In this document: positions 20,638 through 30,726 of the stretch, piece by piece
How positions within the stretch are numbered: position 1 is the stretch's first letter
Layout of the letters: every line of letters begins with the position of its first letter
Source of the DNA: Thermoproteus sp.
GTDB lineage: Archaea; Thermoproteota; Thermoprotei; Thermoproteales; Thermoproteaceae
DNA: 64,000 bases
Direction of reading: 5' to 3'
Assembly: GCA_049976425.1 (NCBI GenBank)
Contig: JBMFIG010000005.1
Coordinates: 22,644 to 86,643 of the forward strand
Position numbers and translations under genes: made by a program
Notes under the pieces: generated by a model
Seen by the model: only the letters and a program-made list of their open reading frames with translations
Told to the model about the DNA's origin: nothing
The model's database searches: none

Positions 20638-23288
20638 CTTATGTAGAGCCTCATTATATTTACGTTTGCCGGCTTGCCGTGATCCGACTTAGATACATCG
20701 GTGCCGTCGTCGCCGTACAGAGGTTGCAAGAGAAGCCCGGAGCCGTAACGCACGGTGCCGTCGTAGGCGACGTACGCGTCTTGCAACGCGTTTATTATCC
20801 TACGTTGCATGTATCCGCTCTGCGCCGTGCGGACAGCTGTGTCTATCAAGCCGTCCCTCCCGCCGGCCGCGTGGAAGAAGTACTCGACAGGCGTAAGCCC
20901 CTTGACGAATGAGGAGGATACGAAACCTCCTGAGAACGGCCCTATATCGCCTACGGGGAAGTGAGGCAGAGTCCTGGTCCTATACCCTCTCTTGATCCTC
21001 TCGCCTCTTATGGTCTGTTGGCCTAAGGTGGCCACCATTTGGACTATGTTGGTCAAGCTTCCGCGCGCCCCCGTCTTGGCCATTAGATAGGCCTCGGAGT
21101 TCTTATCTATATACCTCTCCACTACTCCCTCAGCGTCGCTACGCACCTTTGAGAGCACCTCGGCCAGTCTATTCTCGAGGGTTTCTTGCACAGTGTAGCC
21201 CGGCATGGCCTCCAGCTTGCCCTCTCTGTAGAGCTCTATGAGCTCTAAGGCCTTATTTATACCGCTATCAATTATCTTGCCGACCTCTTTAACGGCCTCG
21301 CTAGGTATATAGAGCGAGTCCAGGCCTATGGAGAAGCCTCTGAGATCTAGGAATCTCAAGAACACCCTTAGCGAGGAATCTAACCATTTCCTGGCCACAT
21401 CCGACGGGTAATCTCTAGCTATTCGGTGCCAAAGCGAATCTACCTGCTCGGCACCTATGGATTTCTTGTCCAAGGTGCCCGTCACCATATTGCCGTTTAT
21501 TATAATTATCCACTCATCGGTCTCGCACGTGTAGGGCTCCTTACAAGCCGACTTAAACGCTGTGGGTTGCACCCAGTTGAGGTCCTTGGGCAACGCCATG
21601 CTGATTATCTGCTTCCCCGTCCACAGCTCGACGGGGTGCATTATGGCCGGCTCAGGCAGGTCTCCCTCAAGCTTCATGGCGCCGGCTAAATACGCCGCCT
21701 CCTTCTTAGTGAGCAACGTAGTTTTGCGGGAGAGTAGGTAGGCGCCTATTATATAGTCCTGTCTAGCGCCTATTATGGCGCCGCCGTAGCGCGGCGTCAC
21801 TATATGTTCTTGGACCAACATTAGAGTTCTCGCCTCGGCCCTCGCCTCCTCCGTCTGCGGTATGTGCAGGTTCATTTCGTCGCCGTCGAAGTCGGCGTTG
21901 TAGGGCGGGCATACGGCCAGATGTATCCTAAACGTCCTGCCCGGCAGAACTCTGACTATGTGGCCCATCATGGACACTCTGTGTAGCGACGGCTGTCTGT
22001 TGAAGAGGGCTATATCGCCGTCCCTTATGTGGCGCTCTACGATCCAGCCGGGGGCCAGCTTCTCGGCGAGCTGTTTCCTGTCCTTGACGTATCGCAGATC
22101 GACGCGCCTGCCCTCCGGCGTTATCACGTAGTTGGCCCCCGGCCAAGTCTCGGGCCCCCTCATCACGGCTTGCCTGAGATCGTCTATGTTCCACTCGGTG
22201 ACTCTCTCGGGCACTGTCAATATCTTGGCTATGTCTATGGGCACTCCGACCTCGTTTATGCTCAGATTGGGATCGGGGCTTATCACTGTGCGGGCCGAGA
22301 AGTTGACGCGCTTGCCCGAGAGGCTTCCTCTGAACCTCCCCTCCTTGCCCTTAAGCCTCTGCGCTATGCCCTTCAGGGGTCTGCCCCCTCTATGTTTCGC
22401 CAGCGGGATGCCGGGTAGCTCGTTGTCGAAGTAGGTCGCCGTGTGGTACTGGAGCAAGTCCCAGAGGTTGTCTATTACGTTAGTCGGCGCGCCCGTCTCG
22501 AGCGCTATCTTCAACTTCTCATTCATCCTCATTATGTCGACAAGCTTGTGCGTCAGATCGTCCTCGCTCCTTATGCCCGTCTCGAGCTGTATGGAGGGCC
22601 TAACGTGGGGAGGCGGGACGGGGAGAGTTCTGAGTATGCCCCACTCCGGGCGGGCGACGGTCGGATCGACTCCTAGTAGCTCGAGGTCGCTGTTAGGCAC
22701 CTTGACCAGCCGCTCCAGTATAGTCTCAGGATCCAGCTTTACCAAGGCGCCCGTCTCCGTCTCCTCGTAGAAATTGTAAGGCCGCTCGAACCTCACCTTG
22801 TTGCGTTTATATCCGCAGTGAGGACATGTGGTCCTCTCGGCGGCTTTCCTGAGGATCTTCTCGTGGAGGTTGGTGGCCAAGAGCTTCCACCTGCCCTTGA
22901 GCCTCTGAAGGCGCTCGCTATATCTCTTTATCTCCTCGTCCTTCAGCATTATCCTGCCGCAGTTGGGGCAAGTAGCCCTCAACACGTCGTATATGAACCT
23001 GGCGAACTCGACGTGGATCACCGGCTTCGCGAGCTCTATATGGCCGAAATGGCCAGGACACACGTCGTAGGGCTGTCCGCAGGTCTCGCACCTGGCGCCC
23101 GGCTCCGCCACGCCGAGTCTGCGGTCCATCAAGCCGCCGCGGATAGGTAGCCCGCCTTCGTCGTATATCTCGGATGTCGTGATCTCCAAAACAGAATATC
23201 GCCTTATTAGATCGGGGCTGAGAATCCCGAACTTGATATCTTTGATAACCTTAGTAGGGACTACATCGGCCTGTTGTTGAACGGCCAC
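20634..23288 (-). CDS. rpoA1: RNA polymerase subunit Rpo1N (A')
   Basis: CPGHFGHIEL, LFNRQPSLH, catalytic NADFDGDEMN, DTAVRTAQSGY. Confidence 0.98.
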   Translation of the reverse strand: MAVQQQADVVPTKVIKDIKFGILSPDLIRRYSVLEITTSEIYDEGGLPIRGGLMDRRLGVAEPGARCETCGQPYDVCPGHFGHIELAKPVIHVEFARFIYDVLRATCPNCGRIMLKDEEIKRYSERLQRLKGRWKLLATNLHEKILRKAAERTTCPHCGYKRNKVRFERPYNFYEETETGALVKLDPETILERLVKVPNSDLELLGVDPTVARPEWGILRTLPVPPPHVRPSIQLETGIRSEDDLTHKLVDIMRMNEKLKIALETGAPTNVIDNLWDLLQYHTATYFDNELPGIPLAKHRGGRPLKGIAQRLKGKEGRFRGSLSGKRVNFSARTVISPDPNLSINEVGVPIDIAKILTVPERVTEWNIDDLRQAVMRGPETWPGANYVITPEGRRVDLRYVKDRKQLAEKLAPGWIVERHIRDGDIALFNRQPSLHRVSMMGHIVRVLPGRTFRIHLAVCPPYNADFDGDEMNLHIPQTEEARAEARTLMLVQEHIVTPRYGGAIIGARQDYIIGAYLLSRKTTLLTKKEAAYLAGAMKLEGDLPEPAIMHPVELWTGKQIISMALPKDLNWVQPTAFKSACKEPYTCETDEWIIIINGNMVTGTLDKKSIGAEQVDSLWHRIARDYPSDVARKWLDSSLRVFLRFLDLRGFSIGLDSLYIPSEAVKEVGKIIDSGINKALELIELYREGKLEAMPGYTVQETLENRLAEVLSKVRSDAEGVVERYIDKNSEAYLMAKTGARGSLTNIVQMVATLGQQTIRGERIKRGYRTRTLPHFPVGDIGPFSGGFVSSSFVKGLTPVEYFFHAAGGRDGLIDTAVRTAQSGYMQRRIINALQDAYVAYDGTVRYGSGLLLQPLYGDDGTDVSKSDHGKPANVNIMRLYIR

Positions 23289-23488
23289 GCCAACCGGTGG
23301 AAGTCGCTATATAAATTTTTATTTAAGGACATTTCCTCCGTCTGAGCCGGATCCTCGCTGAATGGTCGTGTAAAGCTAGCAAATATAGATCCACCTCAAA
23401 TATTATAAATTCCGATATAATTCTATATTAGAATAAACATTATTGTTGATATAAAATAGTAAAAGTAATATTGGCTATTAAAATCTCC

Positions 23489-26400
23489 TTACTCTAAGAT
23501 TTCCGCCAGCTCCAACTTCGGGTAAATCCCTAGCGCGATCAGCTCTTGTAGCAGTAGCTTAAATGCATAAGGCACGACGACTTTGGCGAACTGGCCCGAC
23601 TCGCCATGTATGGGACATTTCGGCCTGTTCGTCTTCGCGTCTAGGTAGGCTGGGAGTCCGCACAGCTCGCAGACGTACATGGTATATTTGTCGCTCGACT
23701 CGACCATCCTCTCGTAGAGGAGGGCGGAGGCCCCATGGGCTATGAGCACGTCGCGCTCCATCTCGCCGAGCCTCAGCCCGCCCTCGCGGGATCTGCCCTC
23801 TGTGGGTTGCCTAGTCAATATCTGGACAGGCCCTCTGGAGCGGGCGTGTATCTTGTCCGCGACCATGTGGTGTAGCTTCTGGTAATACACTATCCCTATG
23901 AATATATCGGCGACGAGCTTCTCGCCAGTTATGCCGCTGTACATGACCTCCTTGCCGTCCCACCTGAACCCCAGCTTCATGAGGAGCTCCCTCAGCTCTC
24001 CCTCGGTGACTCCCTCGAAGGGAGTGGCGTCGATAAGCTGACCTGTCAACGCGCCGGCCTTGCCCGCTATGGACTCCAACAGCTGGCCGACCGTCATGCG
24101 CGAGGGCATGGCGTGGGGGTTAACGATTATATCGGGGACTATCCCGTCCTCCGTGAAAGGCATGTCCTCTTGCCTCAACAACATGCCTATGACGCCCTTC
24201 TGGCCGTGGCGCGAGGCGAACTTGTCGCCCAGCTCGGGCACACGTAGCTCCCTTAATCTCACCTTAACGAGTTTGTTACCCTCAGGCGATTCTGTTATGA
24301 CGACCCTATCGACTATGCCTCTTTCACCCCTCCTCACGGGAATTGAGGCGTCGCGCCTCTCCTTCAAGATTTTCTCAGTCTCGAGGGTCATATAGAAGCG
24401 CGGCGGAGCGGTCTTGCCTATTATGACCTCTCCGCCCGTCACGTAGACCTCAGGAGGGGCTATTCCGTCCTCGTCCAGGTGGCTGTAGGCCTCCGGCCCC
24501 CTATATCCTCTGGCCGAGGAATCGGGGACCTCTATCCTGTCCTCCTCGCCTCCCGGATATTTCTGCTCCTCGGTCTCGTAGGTGCGATAGAAGTTCGAAC
24601 GGAAGAGGCCGCGATCGACCGATGACTTGTTCATGATAACGGCGTCCTCTATGTTATAGCCTGTGTATGTCAACAGCGCCACTACGGCGTTCTGGCCCGC
24701 AGGCTTTCTCGAGTAGCCAATTAGCTCGAGCCCTCTGGTCGTCACTATAGGCCTTTCAGGATAGTAGAGCATATGGCCGCGCGAGTCCAGCTTGTACATG
24801 AAGTTGGCCTGCGGCAACCCCAGCGACTGTTTAGCCATAGCGGCCTCGTACTGGTTCCTGGGCGATTGGTTGTGCTCTAGATAGGGTATTATGGACGCTA
24901 TTGCGCCCAGAATAGAGGAAGGCACTATCTCCATGTGCGTGTACTTGCTCATATCGGGCTCAGGCCCCACCGCTATGTAGGCGTTTTCCTCCTCGTCGGC
25001 GTCTAGGTACTCCACGACGCCCATCTTGACCAAGTCGTTCCAAGTCAGTTCGCCCGATGCGAGCTTCTGGACGTGCTCCTTTGTGAGCTTCAACTTGCCG
25101 TCCTCGATCACCAGTAGAGGCCTCCTGATACGGCCTCCATCGCAGTTCACGTAGACCGCGTCGCCCAGATGCGCCACGTTGACCTCATCAGATATCTTGC
25201 CCTGCCGCCTCATCTTGCGTAGAGTCTTGACGAGCTCCTCAGGGTTCTGGTGGATGCCTACGAGCCGCCCGTTTAGGTAGACCTCCGCGCCCTCAAGCCC
25301 TCCCCTCCTCGCCTCGAGCACCGGCACTACGCCCAGCTCGTTCAGCGTCTTCTCAACGACGGCCTCGTCGACGCCGATGGTTATCTCGGCCAACAGAGCC
25401 AGGTTCTTGACAAGCCCTACGTTCTGCCCCTCGGGCGTCTCGACGGCGCACAGCCGGCCCCACTGCGTCGGGTGGAGGTCGCGGGCCTCGAAGTGGGGTT
25501 GGGTCCTGCTGAGCGAGGAGACGACCCTCCTCAGATAGCTGAGGGTCGAGAGGTAGTTCGTTCTGTCCAATATCTGCGAGACGCCGGTCTTCCCGCCGAC
25601 CCAGTTGCCGGTCGCCAGCGCCTGCTTGACGCGCTCGGTTATTATGTCGGGTCTGACTATCGTCTGTAGATGCGGTATCTTACCTCTCGCGTAGTACTTC
25701 TCAAGCTGGTTCTTGAGCTCTTGGAGGAACTGCTTCATGACCGTCCTGAACAGCTGGGCCAGGAGGTCGTTCACGAGCCTCACGCGTTTGTTGGCCACGT
25801 GGTCCTTGTCGTCGGGCTTCCTCCTGCCTAACTGCATCTCTATAAGCCCCTTGACCACCTGGCCTAGCAACAACGCCTTCTTTATCCTGGCCTCCTCCAT
25901 CGCCTTCTCGTCGGGCTTCTGCGGGTTGAGGTTGGGCAAGAAGTATTTGTCCAATATCTGGAGGGCTCTCTCTATCCTTATAGGCCTCGGCTGGCCCACG
26001 GCGATCTTTCCGCCTACGAAATCGAGGGCGTCGTCCCTAGTGGTGGCGATCTCCTGGCCGGCCAACAACGAGGGCAGGAGCTCCTTCTGTATGTCCGGGT
26101 CGTCCGAGACGGCGAGCACTATGTCTTGGTCGCTCTCTAGGCCCATGGCGCGCATGTATACCGTGAACGGGATCCTGACCGGTATGGCGGATAGAGTCAC
26201 ATAGATGACGCCGTCTTTGTGGTACTCGACCGTCATCGTGGCGCGGTAGCCGGGCCCGGTCGATATGACCTTAGCTAGATATCTGATCGTCGGCTTATCG
26301 CCGACGTCGTATATGGGCCGATCGGTGACTAGGTCCTCCTGGCTTATGACGACCCGCTCGCTCCCGTTTATTATGAAGTAGCCGCCGGGATCTTCGGGAT

Positions 26401-26872
26401 CCTCAAAACGCTTGGGGTACTCCTCCGGCTTCAACCTCGTCAAGTTGCACTTCTTGGACTTGACCATTATGGGTAGCTCGCCGGCGTATATGGTCTCGGT
26501 AGCGTACGGCTCGTCGTCGACGTAGAGAGTCACGGTCAAGTACATCGGGGCGCTGTACGTGGCGTTCCTGAGCCGGGCCTCCATGGGGTATATGACCGTC
26601 TCCGAGCCGTCCGGCTCCTTTATCCTCGGCCACCCTATCTCGACGCGCTCTATGGCGACTTTCAGACCCTTTATCTCGGTCTCGACAACGCCCATCTCCT
26701 CTATTATCTTGGGCAACTTCCTGTCGATGAAGTCGTTGAAGGCCCTTATCTGGTGGTCGACTATTCCTCGATCTCTGATAAAGGCCTTGACCAGGGCCCA
26801 CCTATCGTCTGAGGCGGGGAACCCGCCGTCCCCGGCCCTATACCTTATCGGTAATGGGAGCAGATCCACCAT
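23489..26872 (-). CDS. rpoB: RNA polymerase subunit Rpo2 (unsplit B)
   Basis: GYFIINGSERV, ETPEGQNVGLVKNL, GDKFASRHGQKG, GLRLGEMERD. Confidence 0.98.
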   Translation of the reverse strand: MVDLLPLPIRYRAGDGGFPASDDRWALVKAFIRDRGIVDHQIRAFNDFIDRKLPKIIEEMGVVETEIKGLKVAIERVEIGWPRIKEPDGSETVIYPMEARLRNATYSAPMYLTVTLYVDDEPYATETIYAGELPIMVKSKKCNLTRLKPEEYPKRFEDPEDPGGYFIINGSERVVISQEDLVTDRPIYDVGDKPTIRYLAKVISTGPGYRATMTVEYHKDGVIYVTLSAIPVRIPFTVYMRAMGLESDQDIVLAVSDDPDIQKELLPSLLAGQEIATTRDDALDFVGGKIAVGQPRPIRIERALQILDKYFLPNLNPQKPDEKAMEEARIKKALLLGQVVKGLIEMQLGRRKPDDKDHVANKRVRLVNDLLAQLFRTVMKQFLQELKNQLEKYYARGKIPHLQTIVRPDIITERVKQALATGNWVGGKTGVSQILDRTNYLSTLSYLRRVVSSLSRTQPHFEARDLHPTQWGRLCAVETPEGQNVGLVKNLALLAEITIGVDEAVVEKTLNELGVVPVLEARRGGLEGAEVYLNGRLVGIHQNPEELVKTLRKMRRQGKISDEVNVAHLGDAVYVNCDGGRIRRPLLVIEDGKLKLTKEHVQKLASGELTWNDLVKMGVVEYLDADEEENAYIAVGPEPDMSKYTHMEIVPSSILGAIASIIPYLEHNQSPRNQYEAAMAKQSLGLPQANFMYKLDSRGHMLYYPERPIVTTRGLELIGYSRKPAGQNAVVALLTYTGYNIEDAVIMNKSSVDRGLFRSNFYRTYETEEQKYPGGEEDRIEVPDSSARGYRGPEAYSHLDEDGIAPPEVYVTGGEVIIGKTAPPRFYMTLETEKILKERRDASIPVRRGERGIVDRVVITESPEGNKLVKVRLRELRVPELGDKFASRHGQKGVIGMLLRQEDMPFTEDGIVPDIIVNPHAMPSRMTVGQLLESIAGKAGALTGQLIDATPFEGVTEGELRELLMKLGFRWDGKEVMYSGITGEKLVADIFIGIVYYQKLHHMVADKIHARSRGPVQILTRQPTEGRSREGGLRLGEMERDVLIAHGASALLYERMVESSDKYTMYVCELCGLPAYLDAKTNRPKCPIHGESGQFAKVVVPYAFKLLLQELIALGIYPKLELAEILE

Positions 26873-27111
26873 CAGCCCGGCACCACGAGGCGGTATATAA
26901 CTGATTCTCCCGCGGTCTCCGAACGTCTCACTATCCTCAACACGTCGCCGGGCTTCGCCCCGACGGCTTTGACCAAGGGATCGCTCGACCTAATCCAAGG
27001 TATCTGCCAAGGCCTTACGTGGAGCCTCCTTAGAAGCGCTCTGGCCTCCTCCTTGGTGAGGATAGAAACCTCTACGGGACCCAGCACGTGCTCTAATATC
27101 TTCTTGCTCAC
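26872..27111 (-). CDS. rpoH: RNA polymerase subunit Rpo5
   Basis: QIPWIRSSDP, GDVLRIVRRSETAGE...YRLVV. Confidence 0.95.
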   Translation of the reverse strand: MSKKILEHVLGPVEVSILTKEEARALLRRLHVRPWQIPWIRSSDPLVKAVGAKPGDVLRIVRRSETAGESVIYRLVVPG

Positions 27112-27156
27112 ACGCCCCCTCCACCCGCTGATTTAAAACTTTTTTGCTTGCTCCCG

Positions 27157-28941
27157 TCAGCTCTTGGCCTTTGCGATAAGGGCGTCGATCTCTGCCTTGA
27201 GACTCTCTATGAATTTGCCGAGCTCTCTCTCTACATCGTCGTTCTTGATCTCCATCCTCAGCCTGGGGAGGCGTTTGACCAGCTCGAGTTCTCTGAGGGC
27301 CGATGCCGGCACCCCGGCCTCTACGGCCTTCATTCCAGCCTCGTAGTATGTGTAGATGGCCCTCATCAACAGGGCCTGTTTCTTGGGCATAGACGGAGTG
27401 TCGACGGGGTTGAAAGCGTCTTGTTTCAAGAAGCCCTCTCTTATTAGGAAGGCCGTGTTCAGGATATGCTTCTCCTGTTCGCTAAGGGCCTCTGTGCCGA
27501 GGATCCTGACGACCTCCTGCAACTCGGCCTCTCTGCTTAATATTGACTGGAAGACGTCTCTGATACGGCGCCAGTCGGGGTCGACGTTCTTAGCCCACCA
27601 CTCCTGTACGGTCTCCACGTAGCGGGAGAACCCCATCAGCCAGTCTATCGCCGGATAGTGGCGCGAGTAGGCGAGGCGGGGGGACAGCGGCCAGAAAGCC
27701 CCTATGAAGCGCAGGGTGTTGGAGGTGACGGGCTCGGTGAAGTCGCCTCCGGGCGGGCTCACGGACGCTGCTATGGTCAGCGAGCCGACGCGCTCCTTGC
27801 TGCCTATGAGGACCACGCGGCCGGCGCGTTCGTAGAACTCGGCTAGACGCGTCGGCAGATAGGCGGGGTAGCCCTCCTCGCTCGGCATTTCGCCTATACG
27901 TAGAGCCACCTCCCTCATGGCCTCCGCCCATCTGCTCGTGGAATCGGCCGAGACCAACACGTCGTAGCCCATATCGCGGAAGTACTCGCCTATAGCGGCG
28001 CCGGTGTATATGGACGCCTCCCTCGCCGCCACGGGCATGTTGGAGGTGTTCACTATTATCGTGGTCCTCTCGAGCAACGACTTGCCCGTGTAGGGGTCCT
28101 TCAGCTTCAGCAAGCCCTGAAGCGCGTCGGCCGCCTCGTTCCCCCTCTCGCCGCAGAGCACAGGCACTATGACTCTGCTTTGGGCGTATAGGAAGAGCGT
28201 GCGTATGGTCACGGTCTTCCCCGAGCCGAAGGGTCCCGGTATGGCCGCGGCGCCGCCCTTAGCTATGGGGAACATGGTGTCTATGGTGCGCACGCCGGTG
28301 ATCAAGGGCTCCACAGGCGGGAGCTTCTCGCGGAAGGGCCTGGGTCTGCGCACCGGCCATTTATGCCACATCTTGACCTCCACGACGCCTGACTTCGTCC
28401 GGATCCTGGCTATGACGTCGTCGACCTTGTATTTGCCTTCGGCTATCCACTCGACTACTCCCGGCCCGTTGCCGGGCAGAGGCGGGTACATAATTCTATG
28501 TTCTATTAACGAGGTCTCCTGGACAGCCCCCAACACGTCGCCCGGTTGCACCTCCTCTCCCGCCTTGACGAGCGGCTTGAAGTCGTATTCGGCCTTGAGA
28601 TCTAGAGGCGGAGCTCGGTCGTAGCCTATTCCCCTGGCCACAAACGGCGTATTGGTCATCTCGAATATGGACTTCAGAGGCCTCTGGACGCCGTCGTATA
28701 TCTTTCCCAGAATGCCCGGCCCAAGCCAAGCGCTTAGGGGCTCGCCGCTTCTGACCACCGGCTCTCCGGGCTTTATCCCCGTAGTGTCCTCATACACCTG
28801 TATAAACGCCTTGTCTCCCTGTACCCTGACAACCTCGCCGAACAGCTTAAGCTCGCCGACGAACACGAGCTCGTAGAGCCTGGCGCCAGGCAGATCGGCC
28901 TTCACTACGGGTCCCGATATGTACTCTATACGCCCGCTCAT
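27157..28941 (-). CDS. atpA: A/V-type ATP synthase subunit A
   Basis: Walker A GPFGSGKT, CGERGNE, NTSNMPVAAREAS, DSTSRWAEA; no intein. Confidence 0.97.
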   Translation of the reverse strand: MSGRIEYISGPVVKADLPGARLYELVFVGELKLFGEVVRVQGDKAFIQVYEDTTGIKPGEPVVRSGEPLSAWLGPGILGKIYDGVQRPLKSIFEMTNTPFVARGIGYDRAPPLDLKAEYDFKPLVKAGEEVQPGDVLGAVQETSLIEHRIMYPPLPGNGPGVVEWIAEGKYKVDDVIARIRTKSGVVEVKMWHKWPVRRPRPFREKLPPVEPLITGVRTIDTMFPIAKGGAAAIPGPFGSGKTVTIRTLFLYAQSRVIVPVLCGERGNEAADALQGLLKLKDPYTGKSLLERTTIIVNTSNMPVAAREASIYTGAAIGEYFRDMGYDVLVSADSTSRWAEAMREVALRIGEMPSEEGYPAYLPTRLAEFYERAGRVVLIGSKERVGSLTIAASVSPPGGDFTEPVTSNTLRFIGAFWPLSPRLAYSRHYPAIDWLMGFSRYVETVQEWWAKNVDPDWRRIRDVFQSILSREAELQEVVRILGTEALSEQEKHILNTAFLIREGFLKQDAFNPVDTPSMPKKQALLMRAIYTYYEAGMKAVEAGVPASALRELELVKRLPRLRMEIKNDDVERELGKFIESLKAEIDALIAKAKS

Positions 28942-29498
28942 AGCACCGACGCGACTGCCTTCTTTATCTCCTCTACGTTGGTCTCCAATAGGGTATCCAA
29001 CGTCATATCGAGCACTATCGCTCCATCGCGCGAAGATGCGACGAGCCCTCCCGACATATCTCTGTCGACTACCTCGCCCTTTAAGCCATGCTTCCTCATC
29101 AATATAGTCAAGGTGTTCCTATCCTTAGGGGAGGAGTACACTATCATGTCCTCCCCAATTATTTCTCTGGCCTTAAGAAGGGCATTCTCTAAAAATTTTA
29201 TATATTTTTCATTTGTTCTATTCTTATCAATATAGTCAGTTATATCTTTTTTAATTTCCTTTAATATATCTTCGTATGTATTTGATATTATTTTTCTATT
29301 TTCAATAAGAGCTTCGTAAAGGATTCTTTCCCGCTCCAGCGTAACTTGGCTTTGTGCATTGCTTATCTCTTCAGAGTATTTAGATAATAATTCATAGGAT
29401 CTTTGTTTAATCTTGGTTTCAAGGTCGCTGAGAAGCTTCTGCTTTAGTTCTTCCAATTCTCTTATGTGTTGGTTTATGAGATCCTCGAAAAGACTCAT
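28938..29498 (-). CDS. atpE: A/V-type ATP synthase subunit E
   Basis: Coiled-coil N-terminus, SGGLVASSRDG...DMTLDTLL; coupled to atpA. Confidence 0.85.
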   Translation of the reverse strand: MSLFEDLINQHIRELEELKQKLLSDLETKIKQRSYELLSKYSEEISNAQSQVTLERERILYEALIENRKIISNTYEDILKEIKKDITDYIDKNRTNEKYIKFLENALLKAREIIGEDMIVYSSPKDRNTLTILMRKHGLKGEVVDRDMSGGLVASSRDGAIVLDMTLDTLLETNVEEIKKAVASVL

Positions 29499-29539
29499 GA
29501 AGGCCTTAAAGGCCCATTTTTAAAGTGTTTTCGGCGCCG

Positions 29540-29830
29540 CTATCCGCCTAGTATTTGGCGAACTAGCTGAAGATAGTTGACCTCCTTTTCCATATTCTCC
29601 AACACGCTGGGTATCTCCACGAATATCTTATTTGTATTTCTAAGTCTAAGCTCGTCTAGTTCTTTTCTAAGTTGTTTAGCGAAGTTAGATGAAATAAAAA
29701 ATACATTATAAATATTAATATTTTTTAATATGTATTCATATAATTCTTTTGCATCAGTAAAAGCTCGTCCATCAAACCCCATTAACTTAAATAAATCGAC
29801 AGTGTATCTGTCGCCGAGGACTATAGACAT
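29540..29830 (-). CDS. atpF: A/V-type ATP synthase subunit F
   Basis: VLGDRYTVDLFKLMG, FVEIP, LVRQILG. Confidence 0.85.
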   Translation of the reverse strand: MSIVLGDRYTVDLFKLMGFDGRAFTDAKELYEYILKNINIYNVFFISSNFAKQLRKELDELRLRNTNKIFVEIPSVLENMEKEVNYLQLVRQILGG

Positions 29831-29859
29831 GACGGCCAGCCCACACGTATTTTAAAGGA

Positions 29860-30363
29860 TTACCAAGGCTCTTTCTTCAGCCTCAGCCTATAAGCCGCTA
29901 TATTGGTCGCTCTGTGGATGGCCGGCGTAATTATCACGGAAATAAATATAGCTGTTATCGGTATCTGCGCGTATAGAGAGTAGACTAATAGAGACATGAG
30001 CAGAAAGTCTAGCTGGTCTAGGGGAAATGCAGGGTGTCCGCGTGGAAGGCACAACCTCCTTTTTATAAAGGCGCCGATCAGATCTCCTACGAGGGCCGAC
30101 GCCGAGAGCACTGCCGCATCTCCAACGCTAAGGACGCTGTACAGCAGATTGGGCAACCACCCTATGGTAGTGCCTAGCGCGAGCCCTATAGCAAAGCCCT
30201 CGAAGGTCTTCCCGTCGCCAAATATTCTAGAGCCGCGCCAACTCCTGCCTAAGTCTATCGGATGCCTTCTTGGCAGAGCCGAGGCCAGCACGGCCAGCCC
30301 GTTGGCCACGTAGGGAGGCCATATAAGCACTAGCGAATATGCCAGTAGTTGCAGTATACTCAT
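29860..30363 (-). CDS. carS: CDP-archaeol synthase
   Basis: PYVANG, PIDLG, IFGDGKTFEG, GDLIGAFIKRR, LDQLDF, KKEPW. Confidence 0.92.
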   Translation of the reverse strand: MSILQLLAYSLVLIWPPYVANGLAVLASALPRRHPIDLGRSWRGSRIFGDGKTFEGFAIGLALGTTIGWLPNLLYSVLSVGDAAVLSASALVGDLIGAFIKRRLCLPRGHPAFPLDQLDFLLMSLLVYSLYAQIPITAIFISVIITPAIHRATNIAAYRLRLKKEPW

Positions 30364-30680
30364 TCGTGTGTCCTCATTATATGCGTGAACAAGCTCTCGC
30401 GGTCGACGAACTCCCTGCCGCAGACGCCGCAGAAATATCTACTGCCTTCGCCTATCGCGAAATGACTACGTATATGGCTTCTTATATCGGTCTTCTTTAC
30501 TTTGGCATTACATATTCCGCAGATGGCGTCGTTGCCCGAGAATTTCACGTGCTTCATGTAGTGCGACACTGCGTCGTCCCAAGTTATCCGGGCGCCGCAT
30601 ATGGTGCATTTATATTCAGGAGACGCCACGAGATATCCATCCCCCTTACCTTGACATATTAAGCAGACCTCGCCGGGCAT
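30360..30680 (-). CDS. Tandem C2H2 zinc-finger protein
   Basis: Three CxxC-x11/12-HxxxH-type units plus an N-terminal CxxC. Confidence 0.8.
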   Translation of the reverse strand: MPGEVCLICQGKGDGYLVASPEYKCTICGARITWDDAVSHYMKHVKFSGNDAICGICNAKVKKTDIRSHIRSHFAIGEGSRYFCGVCGREFVDRESLFTHIMRTHE

Positions 30681-30726
30681 GCGGGCAGAGGGAGGAGCTT
30701 TTATTAAATTTGACGCCCGGCCCTAT

